Source: Planctomycetota bacterium
GTDB taxonomy: Bacteria > Planctomycetota > SZUA-567 > H5-PLA8
DNA: 64,000 nt
NCBI GenBank assembly: GCA_038227875.1
Contig: JBBRPR010000028.1
Coordinates: forward strand, 40,559-104,558
Reading direction: 5' to 3'
Within the stretch, counting starts at the first letter, position 1. Every line of letters starts with the position of its first letter. A program made the position numbers and the translations under genes. Below are positions 48,601-57,091 of the stretch, one piece after another. Under the pieces are notes generated by a model, which worked only from the letters and a program-made list of their open reading frames with translations, had not been told where the DNA came from and searched no databases.

Positions 48601-51232
48601 CCACGTGCCGAATTTCTACCTGCAAGGCTGCGCGATCGGGCATCTGCCGGGCAATATGGCCGTTGCTAAAGAGGTGGATGAGCAGCAAAAGCTGGCCGAG
48701 GAATTGATCGGCAACGAGGGCGAAGACCCGAAGTGGTGCCGCGTCGACGTGCTCGATCCGCACGCGAAGCAGGGCGGCGAAAAGCTGAACGTCGAAGTGC
48801 GCTGCGATGCGGCCGAACACAAGCCCGGCGACGAGGTCGGTGTGACCGTTCGCGTCACGGGCCTTGACGGCAAGCCGCGCGAAGCGGAAGTGAGCCTCGC
48901 CGCCATCGACGCCAGTCTCTACGCCTTCGGCGAAGACCGCTCGGGCACACTCGCTCAAACATTCGCCGACGCGCGCCCGGACCGCCGCTTCCTGCCCAAG
49001 GCCTGGAAGATCAGCACCGGCAGATTGTTTCACGAACGGGAACGGCAGAAAAACATGGAGATGTTGCGGCAGGCAGACCAGGCGAAAGCCCAAGCGGCAA
49101 TGGCCATGGATGAGGCCTCGCAGAAGTTGGCGCAGAGCGCAAGGCTGGAGCGGGCGCTCGACCGCGCGCTGGAAGGCACGCCGTTGGGCAACCTGGGGGA
49201 GATGCCCGTCACGCAGATCCCGCTCACAGGCTGGCGCACCGACTTCCGCGAAACGGCCGCGTGGCTGCCGCAGTTGCGCACGGACGCTCAAGGCCGCGTC
49301 GCCGCGCATTTCAAGCTCCCCGATTCGCTGACGCGCTACCGCGTCAACGCCGTGGGCCTGACGCGCCAGACGGAAATCGGTTCGGGGCGCAGCGACTTCG
49401 TCGCCACGCTGCCGCTTTCGGTCCAGGTTTTCCTGCCGCGCTTCGCCGTCGAAGGCGACCGGCTGCAGGCCACGGGTTTGATTCACAACACGACGGGTAA
49501 GGACGTGACCGTGCCGTTCGCGTTTGAAATTCAGAACGCGACCTGCGCCGGGCCCGCCGCCGACACGGTGGCGCAGATGAGCTTCGATGGCGCGTCTACG
49601 CTCGTCCAAGGCAAGGTGCTCGTCGCCGCGCACGGTTCGGCGCATATCGGCGCGTGGCTCTCGATCGACAAGCTCGGTTCGGTCCGCGTGGGTTTGAGGG
49701 CCGGCGATAAGGACGCCGCCGACGCCGAGCAGCGCGACTTGCCCGTGATTCCCGACGGCCGGCCGCTGGACGTGGCGCTGAGCGGCGCGTCCAACGGCGA
49801 GATTCAACTGCCCATCGGTTACGTGCCGACCGATCTTCGCTTGAGCGTCTCGCGCAGCGTGCCGGCGGAAGCGTTGCAAGGTCTGGGGTATCTGATCGAT
49901 TATCCCTATGGCTGCGTCGAGCAGACGATGAGCCGCTTTCTTCCTTCGGTCATGGTCAAGCACGCCTGGCAGCAAGGCGTCTGCGAGGTTCCCGCCGACG
50001 TGATGAAGCGTGCGCCTGACGTCCTGCAGAAGGGCCTCGAGCGCCTCTACAATTTCCAGCACACCGACGGCGGCTGGGGCTGGTGGGAGCATGACGCGAC
50101 CAACGATGGCATGTCCGTGTACGTGGTCTACGGTCTGGCGCGCTGCAAAACCACTGGCACGCCGGTGAACGCCGACGTCTTCGCGCGCGGCTGCGCGTTC
50201 CTCAAGTCGCGCCTCAATGACGATAAGTTCGACCGCCAACTCTGGGCGCGCGGCTGGCAGGCTCTGGCGCTGGCCGGGACCGTTTCCGCCGACGAGTTGA
50301 AAGTGGCGCTGAAAAAAGTGGATGCCACGCTTCCGCCCGAGTCGCTGGCGTCGCTGGCGCTGGCCTGCAAGACGCTTGGTTTGGACGATGACGCAGCCGC
50401 CTTGCGCGCGAAGTTGCAAACCTGGGCGCCGCAATCCGCCGAGTCCCTCGCCATGAAGCTGAACGTCGAGACCGCGTTCGGCGACGTGGCTCCCGCCCGC
50501 ATCACCGCAGATGCGCTGATGGCGCAGCGCACCGGTTTGCGCTGGCTCAGCACCAAGGATACGTCGTGGGCCATCGAAGCGATGACCGGCCTGGTCACGC
50601 ATCTGCCGCCGCTGGGACCCGCGCGCGCTTTCAAATTGAGCATGGCCGGCCAGACGCTGATCGAAGCGACCACCGCCGCGCAGCTCACGAAGCGTGTCTT
50701 CGATCTGCACCTCACCGGCGCGCAGCTTCCGCTCGTGGAACGAGCGGTGCTGACGCTCAACGCGGACTTTCCCGAACCGCTCCACTACGCGCTGAATGCC
50801 ACGGGTTACCAGCATCTGCAGAAAGTTGAACCGACCGGCACCAGCGTACAGATGACGCGCAAGTACCTCACGACCGACGACAAGCCGCTGGCCACGACGA
50901 GCAAAGTCGGCGATTGCATCGCGGTGCATGTCACGGTCAAGCTGGAGCGCCGCCAGGAGTACGTAATGCTCGAAGACCGCCGCCCGGCCGGCTGGGAATT
51001 CGCCGCCGATGTCCTGCACGGTGAAGCCGCCGGACACGCCGCGAACACGGAGTTCCGCGACGACCGGTTGTGTGTCTTCTTCGATGCGCTGGAAGCCGGT
51101 GAGCATGAGCTGGTTTACTACCTTCGAGCAGAGACGCCGGGAGTGAGCCACGTGATTCCGGGCTGCACGTATCCGATGTATGGTGAGAAGACGCGCGGCG
51201 AGACGGGGGCGGATGTGTTGGAGATTAAGTAG
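45635..51232 (+). CDS. Anti-sigma-like N-terminus fused to bacterial alpha-2-macroglobulin
   Basis: N-terminal helix plus TM, MG2 motif YTDRPTYRPGQ, RTDFRETAAW…LPDSLTRY, intact thioester YPYGCVEQ, FQHTDGGWGWW and YYLRAETPG…PMY. Confidence 0.88.
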   Translation: MTDGDLNPDDARLGAQLRAARPQLSAAALARAHAAMRRELNIRNETRRSFQDRRRPLVAAIAALFAVGLLIAWYAVTVTPHATEIVQVKSPGEAFHAAELEQRRREELKAKYALAKSPAEQAALAAELAKITPDNQIPQWMRFDAAMGLVNPRLKWHAAGFAYGSYFQSADRLKHARADQYRFEAHNGEQWMRDAIPANVKFDLKTHSNGRLARQEARLQSANEPEFFWTVDDPKSPDVTRAVALLGSVHDDVSARWVDALRINNTVLTMDVRGGYASGSAAPIVLDARAADEITFKLYRVADAAKLQAAAQRIGTDYIFADHAEIRAEQLDMVKYAIQDEVMKDLRKKLDPLPEFSNAELAGSWHVAVGEMKALHIQKYEFRDRWWDDAEENDEPDAAYFDDACSQFAARLHREYWPEEDELSAWTCARKFEIPAASLQPGAYVLVAEANGTRACAPILVDSLSLTLRRCRDGVMVVASDNQGAAPVARARVLADGMLQPSSTDASGVAFARVFAAGDKPILVEKDGRFAIGGFGKVFDGIYNGPEEYQRERWDLARSSLRQARATERDLASEDAVGQVFEDRHVAAAYTDRPTYRPGQDVQFKLIVRTLGQPLDVEKSRAPGFRDEDFDRARLLQLPNPGTTVAYEALDKKGRSIASGAMGLNEFGTASGTIHLSDECATGACALRINLNGTARILPDIFTVKNYRRPNFEVALKGLPENLTKLAGQKLTLEVSAKYYFGKTVAGGTAHVRLVHADSWRPLAEKDVVLSNTGDTVAVLQLPEKLIGGAYHVICAVTDDSNQTVTQTAAANVDLPPAVKADSLADLPRFAPASEVLHISGLSTEVTAKHGDVTARFTPDAKGVAELKLGTGWWTLSADGKSASLFVYGEGAYIFSNLNDEEKGFVNIANYGSEESGMTYEYNGRKPELWALFGRQHAEVGGTIKVLLYAPNATRALLTMEGRTVLDYVIVPLDGASSYHVVEIPIRERHVPNFYLQGCAIGHLPGNMAVAKEVDEQQKLAEELIGNEGEDPKWCRVDVLDPHAKQGGEKLNVEVRCDAAEHKPGDEVGVTVRVTGLDGKPREAEVSLAAIDASLYAFGEDRSGTLAQTFADARPDRRFLPKAWKISTGRLFHERERQKNMEMLRQADQAKAQAAMAMDEASQKLAQSARLERALDRALEGTPLGNLGEMPVTQIPLTGWRTDFRETAAWLPQLRTDAQGRVAAHFKLPDSLTRYRVNAVGLTRQTEIGSGRSDFVATLPLSVQVFLPRFAVEGDRLQATGLIHNTTGKDVTVPFAFEIQNATCAGPAADTVAQMSFDGASTLVQGKVLVAAHGSAHIGAWLSIDKLGSVRVGLRAGDKDAADAEQRDLPVIPDGRPLDVALSGASNGEIQLPIGYVPTDLRLSVSRSVPAEALQGLGYLIDYPYGCVEQTMSRFLPSVMVKHAWQQGVCEVPADVMKRAPDVLQKGLERLYNFQHTDGGWGWWEHDATNDGMSVYVVYGLARCKTTGTPVNADVFARGCAFLKSRLNDDKFDRQLWARGWQALALAGTVSADELKVALKKVDATLPPESLASLALACKTLGLDDDAAALRAKLQTWAPQSAESLAMKLNVETAFGDVAPARITADALMAQRTGLRWLSTKDTSWAIEAMTGLVTHLPPLGPARAFKLSMAGQTLIEATTAAQLTKRVFDLHLTGAQLPLVERAVLTLNADFPEPLHYALNATGYQHLQKVEPTGTSVQMTRKYLTTDDKPLATTSKVGDCIAVHVTVKLERRQEYVMLEDRRPAGWEFAADVLHGEAAGHAANTEFRDDRLCVFFDALEAGEHELVYYLRAETPGVSHVIPGCTYPMYGEKTRGETGADVLEIK

Positions 51233-51263
51233 GGATTGCCTCTTTTCCGCGGCGAGCTGCCGG

Positions 51264-51447
51264 GCTTTTTGTAGTCCGGGCGTCTCGCCCGGAGTCGCAA
51301 GTATTCAGCACTAAAGATGAATTCGTTCGATAGCCACTTCATTTGCGAAGCACTAAAGCTGTCGCGGTAGACCACGAAACGTGACTGGCTTACCCAATTC
51401 GTGTCGCAGTTACTTTCTCCGGGCGAGACGCCCGGACTACAAAAAGC
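51264..51447. repeat. Inverted GTAG-type REP doublet, family A copy 2
   Basis: Perfect 31-bp inverted repeat gctttttgtagtccgggcgtctcgcccggag / ctccgggcgagacgcccggactacaaaaagc between convergent genes. Confidence 0.85.
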
Positions 51448-51468
51448 ACAGCGCGCCCGCCGAATGCA

Positions 51469-52725
51469 TTACTCCACTACATGACGCCGATACATGCGAC
51501 AAACAGGCACGATCATCACCAACCACAACGTCCCCGCCCCACACGCCAGCACCGAATACGTCAGGTCGTTCACCGCGAAGCCGCCCACTTTCATTAACGA
51601 GAGCAGCCAGCCGGTGCTCCCCTTGCTGAAGCGGTAACCCCAGACATCGATCAACTCCTTGGCACGAAAACGGACGTCGTACGAGAAAGGGATGTACAGA
51701 ATTTCCTTCCCGGCGCGGAAGACGGAGTAGTCCATCGTCTTGAACGCCAGCAGCGCCCACCACGCCGACGAGAGCGACGGATTTTTCCACGCGTAAAAAC
51801 AGATGCTTAAGTTCACCAGCGGCATGAGAACGTGGACGAGCGTCAGCGGGAGCAGGCGGAGCATCAGCGGGCTGAAAATGAATTGGCCGACAGCGGCGGC
51901 GATGTTGACGTGGTACCAGAAGTCGCCCTGATAGGCGTTCTGCGCATCGAGGTTGGGAATCGCGTCCTGCAGGCGTCCCTGGAACGAAAGATCGAGCACC
52001 GAGGCGAGCGTCTGCGTGGAGAGGATGACCAGCAGCATCAGGATCAGCATCGGATTGGATTTGAAGAGCGTCAGTCCCAGCGTGTCGACATGGCGCGCCG
52101 CTTCGGCGGGAGATTCCTGCGGCTCGCCGCAGCGGTGATAGGCCAGATCCGCCAGCAGCGCGGCGGGGATCACGGAGAGCGCGGCCAGGATCAGCAGATT
52201 GGCGGTGCCGAAGGTGCCGGAATATTCCGCGACCATCTTCGCGCCGACAATCGCGCCGGCCGATCCGAGCCCGCAGATCGGACCGTTCCAGTTCTTGGCC
52301 TGAAGCGTGCCGAGACGGCTATTCAGGAACGACCAGTATTGTTCGACCAGCAGCACGACGTAGGCTTCGCGCACAAGATAGAGCGCGCCACGCGCCGGCC
52401 GGAATCCGGAGCGGATGAGTACGTAACACGCGGCCATTCCCAATCCGGACAGCAGCGACGTCGCCAGCAGCGTTTTGCGCGGGCCCAGCCACGTCAGCAG
52501 ACGTCCGTAGCCATAAACGACCACCAGCACCGCCACCGGCACGAGCGCAATGGCGTAGGGCAACGCTTCTTTGCCGTAGCCCATCGGCGCGGCTTCTTTG
52601 AAGAGCGAGTTGGACGTCGTGCGGATGAATTCATAGCCACAGAACAGAAACCCCGCCGCGATGCCAATGGCAATCGCCGCAAACGGCGCATGATTGTCGC
52701 GTGGGCTGAGCGTGACTTCGGGCAC
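51469..52725 (-). CDS. TLC/Npt-like (ATP/ADP translocase family) MFS transporter
   Basis: Many TM helices, QYWSFLN and KTMDYSVFRAGKEILYIPFSYDVRFRAKELIDV. Confidence 0.75.
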   Translation of the reverse strand: MPEVTLSPRDNHAPFAAIAIGIAAGFLFCGYEFIRTTSNSLFKEAAPMGYGKEALPYAIALVPVAVLVVVYGYGRLLTWLGPRKTLLATSLLSGLGMAACYVLIRSGFRPARGALYLVREAYVVLLVEQYWSFLNSRLGTLQAKNWNGPICGLGSAGAIVGAKMVAEYSGTFGTANLLILAALSVIPAALLADLAYHRCGEPQESPAEAARHVDTLGLTLFKSNPMLILMLLVILSTQTLASVLDLSFQGRLQDAIPNLDAQNAYQGDFWYHVNIAAAVGQFIFSPLMLRLLPLTLVHVLMPLVNLSICFYAWKNPSLSSAWWALLAFKTMDYSVFRAGKEILYIPFSYDVRFRAKELIDVWGYRFSKGSTGWLLSLMKVGGFAVNDLTYSVLACGAGTLWLVMIVPVCRMYRRHVVE

Positions 52726-52756
52726 GGGATTCAGGTTCCTAAAGATGTTGCGTCCG

Positions 52757-52786
52757 TTGTAGTCCGGGCGTCCCGCCCGGTCTAAC
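52757..52786. repeat. Single family-A REP
   Basis: ttgtagtccgggcgtcccgcccggtctaac. Confidence 0.75.
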
Positions 52787-52867
52787 GCCTACCGTGGAAT
52801 TAAGCTGCTCTTGCTGGGCGCGGTTCGTATACTCGCGGCGTTCGCACCCTTACTGAGATCACTGACT

Positions 52868-54103
52868 ATGCAACATTCACTTCGATTATGTTCGATTCTT
52901 CTGCTGTCGCTGCTCTGCGCCCAACTGCGAGCGGAGAGTGCGCCGGTTTTCTTTCCTGAAGGGACGACGGAGACGACGGGGTGGACCGGCCGGCTCGTGC
53001 GCGTCGACGAACACCTCGCGATTTTGACGGTGCGGGGCGGCGCGCCCGAACGCGGCGTGGCTCACGGCAAGCTGCTTAAGGCCGAGGTCGCGCTGTTGGT
53101 CAAGAGTGTCCGCGCGTATCTGACCGGGACCGCGGCTGACGGCGCGGAACACTACAAGCAGTGTCTCGACGGCGCGCGGACGATGGGCAAGTTTCTCGAC
53201 GAAGACGTGATGACCGAACTGAAAGCCTGCGCCGCCGCGGCGGGCGTGGACAGCGACGAGCTGCTGCTGGCTCAGTTGTTCGGCGACGTCAATCGTGCCA
53301 AGGGATTCACCTCCTATTGTTCCTCGTTTGCAGCCTTTGGCGAGGCGACGGCCGGCGGCAAGCTGCTCGTGGGCCGCAATTTCGATTACGCCGGACACGG
53401 CTTGGAAGGCGGCGTGCCGTTGATTCTGCAGGAGATTCCTGATGGCAAAGGCGCCGGCCGGCCCTTCGTGACGCTCTGCTACGCCGGGATTCTCAATGGC
53501 TGGACGTCGATGAATGCCGATGGCCTCTGCGCGAGCAACAATACCTTGTTCGGTGGCAAGGGTTCGGATTCTCTCGAAGGAATCTCGACGTGCTTCCTGC
53601 TGCGCAAGATTGTCGAGCAGGCGACGACGGTCGAGGACGGCGTCGCGATCATCCAGAAATCCCCGCGCGCCTGTACGACCGGGATGCTCGTCGCCGGCAA
53701 GAACAAGCAGGGCGCGTGGGACGGCCGGTTCGTGGAATTTGATGCGAAGTCTGTCGTCGTCGTCGAGCCCAAGGACGGCATGGTGCTCGGTACGAACAAG
53801 CGGCAGATTCTCGCCGTGAACGGCATTGACCCTCCGAAAGTGGTGGAATGCGGGCGCTTTCAAGCGCTCAAGAAATACCTGACGGGACTGCACGGCAAAT
53901 TGTCCTTCGATGACAAAACGCAGAATCCGGTAGCTGAGAAGGACGTCACGCTGACGATCAACCTGCACTGCGCGCTGCTCGACCCGGTCGGCCAGCGCAT
54001 CCGCGCGGCGTTTGTCACGGGCGATTCCAAGCCCGCGGCGGAGAAGCCCTTTCGGGATTTTGAGGTGAAGAGCACGTCTGTGGTGCTGACCAAGAAGGAG
54101 TGA
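52868..54103 (+). CDS. Secreted C45 family autoproteolytic acyltransferase/hydrolase (Ntn fold)
   Basis: Signal peptide, RGVAHGKLL, YCSSFAAFG…LVGRNFDY and MNADGL. Confidence 0.85.
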   Translation: MQHSLRLCSILLLSLLCAQLRAESAPVFFPEGTTETTGWTGRLVRVDEHLAILTVRGGAPERGVAHGKLLKAEVALLVKSVRAYLTGTAADGAEHYKQCLDGARTMGKFLDEDVMTELKACAAAAGVDSDELLLAQLFGDVNRAKGFTSYCSSFAAFGEATAGGKLLVGRNFDYAGHGLEGGVPLILQEIPDGKGAGRPFVTLCYAGILNGWTSMNADGLCASNNTLFGGKGSDSLEGISTCFLLRKIVEQATTVEDGVAIIQKSPRACTTGMLVAGKNKQGAWDGRFVEFDAKSVVVVEPKDGMVLGTNKRQILAVNGIDPPKVVECGRFQALKKYLTGLHGKLSFDDKTQNPVAEKDVTLTINLHCALLDPVGQRIRAAFVTGDSKPAAEKPFRDFEVKSTSVVLTKKE

Positions 54104-54158
54104 GTCCAAGTGGCCCGGGACCGGACCACCTTTCGACGTTTCGACATTACATCAATCC

Positions 54159-54959
54159 TCATTGCGCCACGGCCAGCTCCGGAATTCGTTCGATCAAGTA
54201 GTCGGGGATGGCGATCATCTTGGTCAGGCGGTCGTACTTGTCCTGGCTTAGCGCACAGAGATCGAACGCGTTGCGCTTCAGCGTGTCAAGCGGGTGGCGG
54301 GGGACGAAGTTCATGTTCAAGCCCTTGCGCACCTGATCGCTGCAGTTCTTGGTGCTCGAATGCCACGTCTTGCCACTGTAGACAGCGGTGGTTCCCGCGG
54401 GTCCGACGTTGTATCCGGCGACGCGGCTCCAGCCCATGTGCTCGACTTTCAGTCCCGGGCGTTGCTGGAAGAATTCCCAGCCGATGTTGAATTTGTGCGT
54501 GCCCAGCGCCAGCGCGAAGGGGCCGTTTTCCATCTTGAGCTCTTCGAAGTTCACCCACACGCAGACGAATGTGTCGCGCGCCTGCGGGACGGGGACGTCG
54601 GAGTAGACGCAGTGATCGGTGTGAAACGGCGTCGTCTCGGGTGTCGTCACGACGTCTCCGTTGCGTGGCGTGGCGACGACGGAGTATCCGGCGAGCTGGA
54701 ATTCGCCGATCGTGTTCCGCACGATCTGTTGCACGACCGGATGCGTGGCGAGCTTCGCGAACGCAGGTTCGGTGTAGAGTTTGTGGTCGATGATGAAGCG
54801 CTGGTTTTCGAGCTTGATCGACGGGTCGGTGAAGAGGCGCTGCCAGGCGGCGAGCAGGTCGTCGAGTTCGGCGCGCGTGAGGTAGGGCGGCACGAATCCG
54901 GACTTCTCGCGCTCGATCACAGCGAGGGCTTGGTCGACTTCCGGAGAGAAGGTGGGCAT
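54159..54959 (-). CDS. PhyH family dioxygenase
   Basis: FHTD, ENGP…GTH and AGTTAVYSGKTWHSS…R. AAGGAG RBS. Confidence 0.85.
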   Translation of the reverse strand: MPTFSPEVDQALAVIEREKSGFVPPYLTRAELDDLLAAWQRLFTDPSIKLENQRFIIDHKLYTEPAFAKLATHPVVQQIVRNTIGEFQLAGYSVVATPRNGDVVTTPETTPFHTDHCVYSDVPVPQARDTFVCVWVNFEELKMENGPFALALGTHKFNIGWEFFQQRPGLKVEHMGWSRVAGYNVGPAGTTAVYSGKTWHSSTKNCSDQVRKGLNMNFVPRHPLDTLKRNAFDLCALSQDKYDRLTKMIAIPDYLIERIPELAVAQ

Positions 54960-55108
54960 GTAGGGCTCCTTGTTAAAAGATAACATTATTTATTTAAACT
55001 ATATTAAATATACACGATCGATTGAGCGTTGCCACGGTTATGATCGAAATTTTGGACTGTTCTTGTAACTATAATGATATCAATGTATTGCGGTAGAGTT
55101 TGAACCTT

Positions 55109-57091
55109 TCAGGTGAGAGCGTGGAACTCCTTGGAAAGTTCGGCGACGGCTTCGGGGCTTTCGGGGGCGCCGAAACGGACGTCGGCGTAGTGCTGGGCGA
55201 AGGCGGCGGCGGCCTCGGTTTTGAAGGGCAGCGTCGGGTGCGTTTTGGTCAACACGCGGAGGTGTTCCAGCCACGTGCGGTGGGCGGGGCAGGGGACCTG
55301 GTGGGTCCTCAACAAGCGCTCGAACTTGTCGCTCAACGCAGCCAGTTCAGCGCCGGGCGACGCGTAGGCGAAGATCACCGGCCTGGTCTTGGAGCGCGCA
55401 CGGAACGCGCGCAGCCATTGCAGGCCCACGACCAGCACCAGCAGGCTCAAGATGCCGGTCATAAGATTCGTGACGCTGATGTCGGCCATCCAATCGCGGA
55501 TGTCGGTCCACGTGTCTTCCAGCCATTCCGAAAAACGCGTGAGCCACGGCACGGCATCGACGTCCTCGTTGGGGCGGCTGGATTCCGGCGTCGCATCGAG
55601 CGTGATCCAGCCGGTGCCGTCGATCCAGCATTCGGCCCATGCGTGGGCGTCGCGCTGGCGGATGATGGCCTGCACCTTGCCGATGGCGCTGAAGGCCGAA
55701 TACCCCGTCACGTAGCGCGCGGGTAGTTTCGCCGCACGCAGCATCAACACGGCGGCGGAGGCGAAGTATTCGCAGTGCGCGGCCTTTTGCTTGAGGATGA
55801 AATTCGAGACCGGATCGCCGGTGCCCGGATCGGTGGTCAAACTGTAGGCGTTGTGCGTTTTGAGGTAGTCGATGATGGCGTCGGCGCGTTCGCGCGGTGT
55901 CGGGAGTCCGGCCACGATTGACTGCGACAGCGTGATGACTTTGGGGTCGACGTCCTTGGGCACCACCAGGCAGCGCCGCCTGTAATCTTCATTGGGCGGC
56001 TGGCAGAGCGGGCCCTGCCACTCGTCATCGCCGGAGAGCAGGACGTCGTGGCCCGAGGGTGCGGCAAGCCACAGCGCCGAGCGCAGCGGACCACCGTCTC
56101 CCATCGCCAATTCCATTGAACGCTTCGAGAGGACCACGCCGGAGCAGTGCAGCGGTGCGACGAGCAGGCGGGTGTCGTCGGTCAAACGCGTGATCTTGAC
56201 GCGGTTGCGCACCGCGCCCTTCACCAGGTCTGGCGCGGCCATGGTATCGAAATGACGCACGTCCAGCGGCGGACCCCAGACGCCGTGGCCATAGGTGTCG
56301 TAGGCCAGTCCGCGCAGGTAGGGCTCATTGAGGGCTCCGTCCAGGCGCAGTGCGCGCGCCGGCGAGAGGTGCAGGTTGGACGTGGGGCCCAGCACGGGAA
56401 TCTGGGAGATGCCCGCGCCTTCGCTCTTGCCCAGCGGCGCCATCACCCGGGTGAACCAGTTGGTCAGTTCGTAGTGCCACGACCAGATCGCCGTCGACGT
56501 CCCCAGCCCGATGCCCAGCACGAGGATAAAGGCGGCCAGGGCGGGGAGAACGCGGCGCATCGACCCACTACCCGGTGGATGGCGCGTGCGGTGCAGGGCG
56601 ATCATGAGCAGGACGAAGTAGAGCGGCGTGATCCAGGGGATGACCGTGCGCGCTTCGGTTTTCGCGGCGGCCACAAAGACCAGGCCGGAGAGGCTGGCGA
56701 TTACCGCGCCGCCGTGGCCGCCATACGGCGGTGACTGCCAGAATTGCAGCGCCATCTCCGTGGCCGTTAATTGGCCGAACAGGCCGATGTAGAGATCGAT
56801 GTACGCAAAGGTTCCCTGGCGGTCGGTCTCCGCCAGCCGCAGCAGTACCTGTGCGCCCATCACCAGCAGCCGCACTGCGCGCATCGGCAGCGCGCCTTTT
56901 TTCAGCCGCGCATCGGTCGCGTACGACCCCAGGATCGCGATCGCCAGCGTGGTGCTCAACCACGCCGAGCCGAGGCAGAGCGCAAAGGCCAGCAGCGCGA
57001 CCAGCGCGATCGCCAGCGCCGGCCACGGCAGCCGCGATTGCGGCTCAGCGGCCGTCGCTTCGGGAGTCAGTACCGCGGTCGTGACGCTCAC
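55109..57091 (-). CDS. Membrane-bound transglutaminase-like protein (TgpA/DUF3488 type)
   Basis: TM N-terminal half, HCEYFASAAVLMLR, ARYVTGY, DAHAWAE and LDATP. GTG start overlaps the DUF58 stop (GTGA). Confidence 0.88.
   Translation of the reverse strand: MSVTTAVLTPEATAAEPQSRLPWPALAIALVALLAFALCLGSAWLSTTLAIAILGSYATDARLKKGALPMRAVRLLVMGAQVLLRLAETDRQGTFAYIDLYIGLFGQLTATEMALQFWQSPPYGGHGGAVIASLSGLVFVAAAKTEARTVIPWITPLYFVLLMIALHRTRHPPGSGSMRRVLPALAAFILVLGIGLGTSTAIWSWHYELTNWFTRVMAPLGKSEGAGISQIPVLGPTSNLHLSPARALRLDGALNEPYLRGLAYDTYGHGVWGPPLDVRHFDTMAAPDLVKGAVRNRVKITRLTDDTRLLVAPLHCSGVVLSKRSMELAMGDGGPLRSALWLAAPSGHDVLLSGDDEWQGPLCQPPNEDYRRRCLVVPKDVDPKVITLSQSIVAGLPTPRERADAIIDYLKTHNAYSLTTDPGTGDPVSNFILKQKAAHCEYFASAAVLMLRAAKLPARYVTGYSAFSAIGKVQAIIRQRDAHAWAECWIDGTGWITLDATPESSRPNEDVDAVPWLTRFSEWLEDTWTDIRDWMADISVTNLMTGILSLLVLVVGLQWLRAFRARSKTRPVIFAYASPGAELAALSDKFERLLRTHQVPCPAHRTWLEHLRVLTKTHPTLPFKTEAAAAFAQHYADVRFGAPESPEAVAELSKEFHALT

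Noticed and set aside
46139..51151. 1670-aa antisense ORF
   Set aside because: Shadow of the alpha-2-macroglobulin gene caused by GC-rich codon bias. It has no motifs of its own.
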